Shown in pieces: positions 60,505 through 64,000 of a stretch of DNA of 64,000 nucleotides. This stretch comes from Sphyrna mokarran. Its lineage: Eukaryota. Location of the stretch: assembly GCA_024679065.1 (NCBI GenBank), contig JAGIQG010000008.1, positions 40,672,001 through 40,736,000 on the forward strand. Reading direction: 5' to 3'. The translations under genes were made by a program, and so were the position numbers. The first letter of the stretch is position 1; each line of letters begins with the position of its first letter. The notes below the pieces were generated by a model that saw only the letters and a list, made by a program, of their open reading frames with translations, did no database searches and was not told the origin of the DNA.

Positions 60505-60862
60505 AATCCCCTCTTGAATGCCTTAAATGGACCTATCTCCACCACATTATCATACAGTACATTCTAGATCTTATCTACTCGCTGTATGAAAACTTTTTCT
60601 CATGCCATCATTGCATCATTTGTCAATTCCTTAAATCTGTGCTCTTTTGCTCTCAACTGTTCCATGAAAGAACATTTTTTCCCCATCTATTCTGTCCAGA
60701 CCTCTTATGATTTTGAATACCTTTATCAAATTTCCTCCCAACCTTCTCCAGAGAGAGCAGTTACAACTTCTCCATTCTATCTACATCACTAAAGTTCTTC
60801 AACCCTGGGATCATTCTTGTGTATCTTTTCTGCACTTTCTCTATGCCTTTATATCTTTCCTT
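60505..60862 (-). mobile_element. CR1 fragment
   Basis: ttatgattttgaatacctttatcaaat is antisense to the (D)LIKVFKI motif. Confidence 0.65.
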
Positions 60863-61881
60863 TGTCAAGTCGCATAGTGGAAACGTCTTTTGTCATGGTA
60901 TTTTGTGACAATCTGGCTAATGTAAATTTGTAGCATTATGAGAATGAATTAATACACCGCAGCAAGAAAATGCAACACTTAAATTGCTAGCTGCAACCAC
61001 AACTTATTTCTGTACTAGGGCTTCAAGTTTGTGTATATTAGGAATGCTTGAGATATTGTCCCTTATGCTTTCAATCATCCTTGTTGAGGTATTCACTATA
61101 TTCAGCTCAAAAGATGTTAAATGTTTCTGGCTGATCTGCACTGCAGATTTTTTTTAACCATGCACAATTTCCCCCACCCATCTTCAATAGTTTAATTTTA
61201 CAATCATGATCCTTGTTAGATGTTTCACAATAGCCTCACCCCATGATACCAATGCCTTTTCCTCTAATTCTGCATCTAACCTTGCACCCTGCATCCTAGT
61301 ATTTTGTACAGCGTCCTCCTGCTTTTACAGCATAAATGGCAAAGCCTTCAAACATCTTGACCTGCAGTCTGAAATTCCTTTGTTAAATCCCCTGTGTCCC
61401 TGGTTCCCAATCAGTGCTGCTTTTTAAAAAAGGAACGTTTTATTATATTAGCTTTTTGGTGCTCCAAAGTATTTTATAAACAATGGACTACTTTTGAAAG
61501 TTGGTGACTATTACTAAACTATAAAAACAAAATAAAACTTTATCATAGTGTTGCGAGAATTATTGTATGAGTATTGTTATAATTGCATGAAATGCAATTC
61601 AGGTTTATAAATTGAATATTTTTAATAAGACTTACAGAACTTGCTCCACAATTGGAGGCCATACCTTCTGTTTCTAAGGAAGATTTTCTTCCTTAAATAC
61701 TTATGATTTCTAACCCACTACTTCCCCCTACCTTAAGGCCATCCTTAAGCCCTACTTTTTGACTACATTTTTGGTCACCCAGCCTGATGACTTCTTTGAG
61801 TGGATGTTTATATTTGTGCCCCTGGAGTATTTTACCACATGAAGATAAGTGTTAAACAATCTCCATTTTTTGTTGTATTTA

Positions 61882-62100
61882 GGTCCAGTTGACTAGAGAT
61901 GGTTCCAATGAGGTGCAGAATGATGCCAATAGCAAGGGTTCAATCCCGTACTAGCTATGGTAGATAATGGAAACCTGCCACTTTGCCATTCCCCCAATTC
62001 CCCTTCTCCCCTCCCCAGTGGAATGTGGAGTGATGCCTCTCAGGCAATATAAAACAATTGACTCTTTCTGATGGAGAAACCCCATTGTCCTAGCCGTGGA
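61882..62100 (+). mobile_element. Old tRNA-derived SINE
   Basis: tgatgccaatagcaagggttcaatcccgtact B-box-like; colinear with 35746-35940. Confidence 0.6.
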
Positions 62101-62259
62101 TAATACGTTTTATCGATTTCATCTAAAGTGTACCACTTGTTCGGTTCTTCTCCAAACCTATATAAAATCATATATATATATAAAAAACAACAAAATCAGT
62201 TAATAAACATTGTATGGAGTTTCATATAAAATCTACGTGTTTCTTTAAATTGAGCTGTC

Positions 62260-63300
62260 TTGACCGATTGAGGAGAATCAGTGTTTGGAAGGGAAGTGTG
62301 ATATTTAAGAGCGGTACACCAAGCTGTGGAGACCGGCACCTGTCATCTGCGCTATAGTCAGGTTGGGGCAGGCAAGCATTCAATGGCTTGTTTGGAGATA
62401 GTGAGCCGAGAACATGATTTGGTGGGATCTGTGCCCTTTTACGATGTGTTCTCTGCTTGGTTCGTGTTACAATTCAAATCGTCATCTTTACAAATAATCA
62501 GGAGGCCAGGTGCGAAACGCAGCCACGGATGGCGATTAGCTGAAGTTATTATCTTTTGCAACCAAGAGCCAATGGGTAACTGGCAAAGTCGGTGAGCACA
62601 TGGCAGAGCGATGATGCCCTTTGCAAAAAAAAGAACCGGTTGAAAGACGGTAAAAAAAATGAACCTGGTTATAGCAGACAAGGTCAAAGACGAGTGCCAC
62701 ACTGGAGCTAGCCTTATATCACATCGAACTGACAAAACCGCAGTGGTCGGCCGGCGCTGATATATCCCTCCCTGTGCAGGGATTTGCCTTCTGCATACTT
62801 TGATTGTTTTTGTTATTGCAAAACACATTTACAAAAAAAAAGTCAGTTATTGTTTTGCCTGTAAACGTGATGTCCCGTGGCACATGGAACTGCGATAACT
62901 GCTCCTAGAATCAGTATGAAGCTGGCTTGCTTGCTGCTGGAAATTGCTTCTTTTGAATCTTATCTCATTCGTTCGTCTTGTTGATCTCCCGATGGAGCTT
63001 CACTATTTTGTGCGTTTTAAGGTTATGTATGGTTTAAAGAAAATTCGGATTTGCGTCACTAGCGCCTGGGATAAACATCACTCTTTCAGTGAAAGGAATG
63101 CATGGGTGGAGGGCAGCTGTGTTTTCCGAGTGCTGACCGGAAGCAATTTTAAAGCTGAATTATTGTGTAAAGTTGGTGCTCCCAATTTAGTGTGTACTGT
63201 TCCCTAAAAAAAAGTGCGTCCCTTCATTTATTATATGTCGGAACTTGTTAAAAGGCTGAGAACTGATTAGCAGCGACTGAGCAGGGTCAGGGTAAGTGCT
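62260..63300. promoter_or_regulatory. CpG-retaining unique region, candidate promoter/enhancer
   Basis: Many CpGs; CCAAT at ~62569; ggccggcgc followed by gatatatc; splice-donor-like ggtaagt at 63291. Confidence 0.4.
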
Positions 63301-64000
63301 ACCTAATCCTTTAAACAATTGTTATTTTATGTTTTGTTTAACACTGTGATCATCAAAGAGATTAATAATTGTACATATGATGCACTTTAAACAAATCATT
63401 GGTCATGATGTTTAAGAATGTTTGCAAATTTCTGAAGTGGCTAGAAAATAAATTCTTAAGCGTTGTAAACATGTTGGACTAAAAATGTGCTGGAGGAAGC
63501 GGCAGGATTGGCAGGTACGGTGCAGTACCTTGTAGGTGTGGCTCTGGGATCATCAATTGAAGTGCTCTTTCGTACATTGCAGAACTGACAACGAATGACA
63601 CACACAACCAGGGATTTAATATATTTTGACCAGCATATTTACCAGAGTTAATTTTCAACCGTCAGTGAAATGTTTGTACTTTCGTTGCACTAAAGAAAAT
63701 AGATGCATCTGTACAAGATCCAAATAGCTTTTCAAAAAACAATTACTCAATCCATTAAAACAACCGAGAGTTGTCTTCAGAGCTTTAACATTTAAAAAAA
63801 AATTGCGAATATTCCCTGCCAGCTATGAGTAATCCACAAATGCAAAGTTTTATTGAATCAAATTGAATGCGTTTTGGAAAATCATAGAAAATCTTTTAAA
63901 TTCAGATATAATAAAATTAATGTCGGAAATTTGAAATAAAACCTGCGGAGGCTGGAAAATAGTTGTGTTCAAATGTAAAAGAAAGAAAGTGAACGTTTCC

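Noticed and set aside
1-64000. The many 60-150 aa ORFs as host genes
   Set aside because: Those with recognisable motifs are TE remnants (CR1, PLE, Harbinger); the rest lack domains or coherent exon structure.

Overview
This is non-coding vertebrate genomic DNA, most likely from a cartilaginous fish (shark). That assignment is inferred from HE1-type V-SINEs sharing 3' tails with CR1/HER1-type LINEs, Deu-domain SINEs and abundant Penelope-like elements. I found no host protein-coding exon, rRNA or tRNA gene. Roughly half of the window is transposon debris: CR1, L2, Rex1, Tx1 and Vingi/Ingi LINEs, Penelope-like elements (PLEs), a ~6 kb two-gene PIF/Harbinger transposon, an internally deleted Tigger4-like pogo element, SINEs and LTR fragments. 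The rest is unique AT-rich sequence with enhancer-like blocks and two CpG-retaining islands. The most notable signal is a set of short (170-290 bp), ORF-less, head-to-head PLE pseudo-LTR insertions. They are flanked by 12-14 bp target-site duplications and carry minimal type-I hammerhead ribozyme cores (CUGANGA...GAAA) with covarying stem II. A related coding PLE with an intact ribozyme lies in the same window. Also present are a near-perfect 649-bp inverted duplication with a fold-back junction, a three-layer nested insertion and a cryptic 32-bp tandem array. Family names come from recalled motifs, not database searches, and most TE boundaries are approximate.
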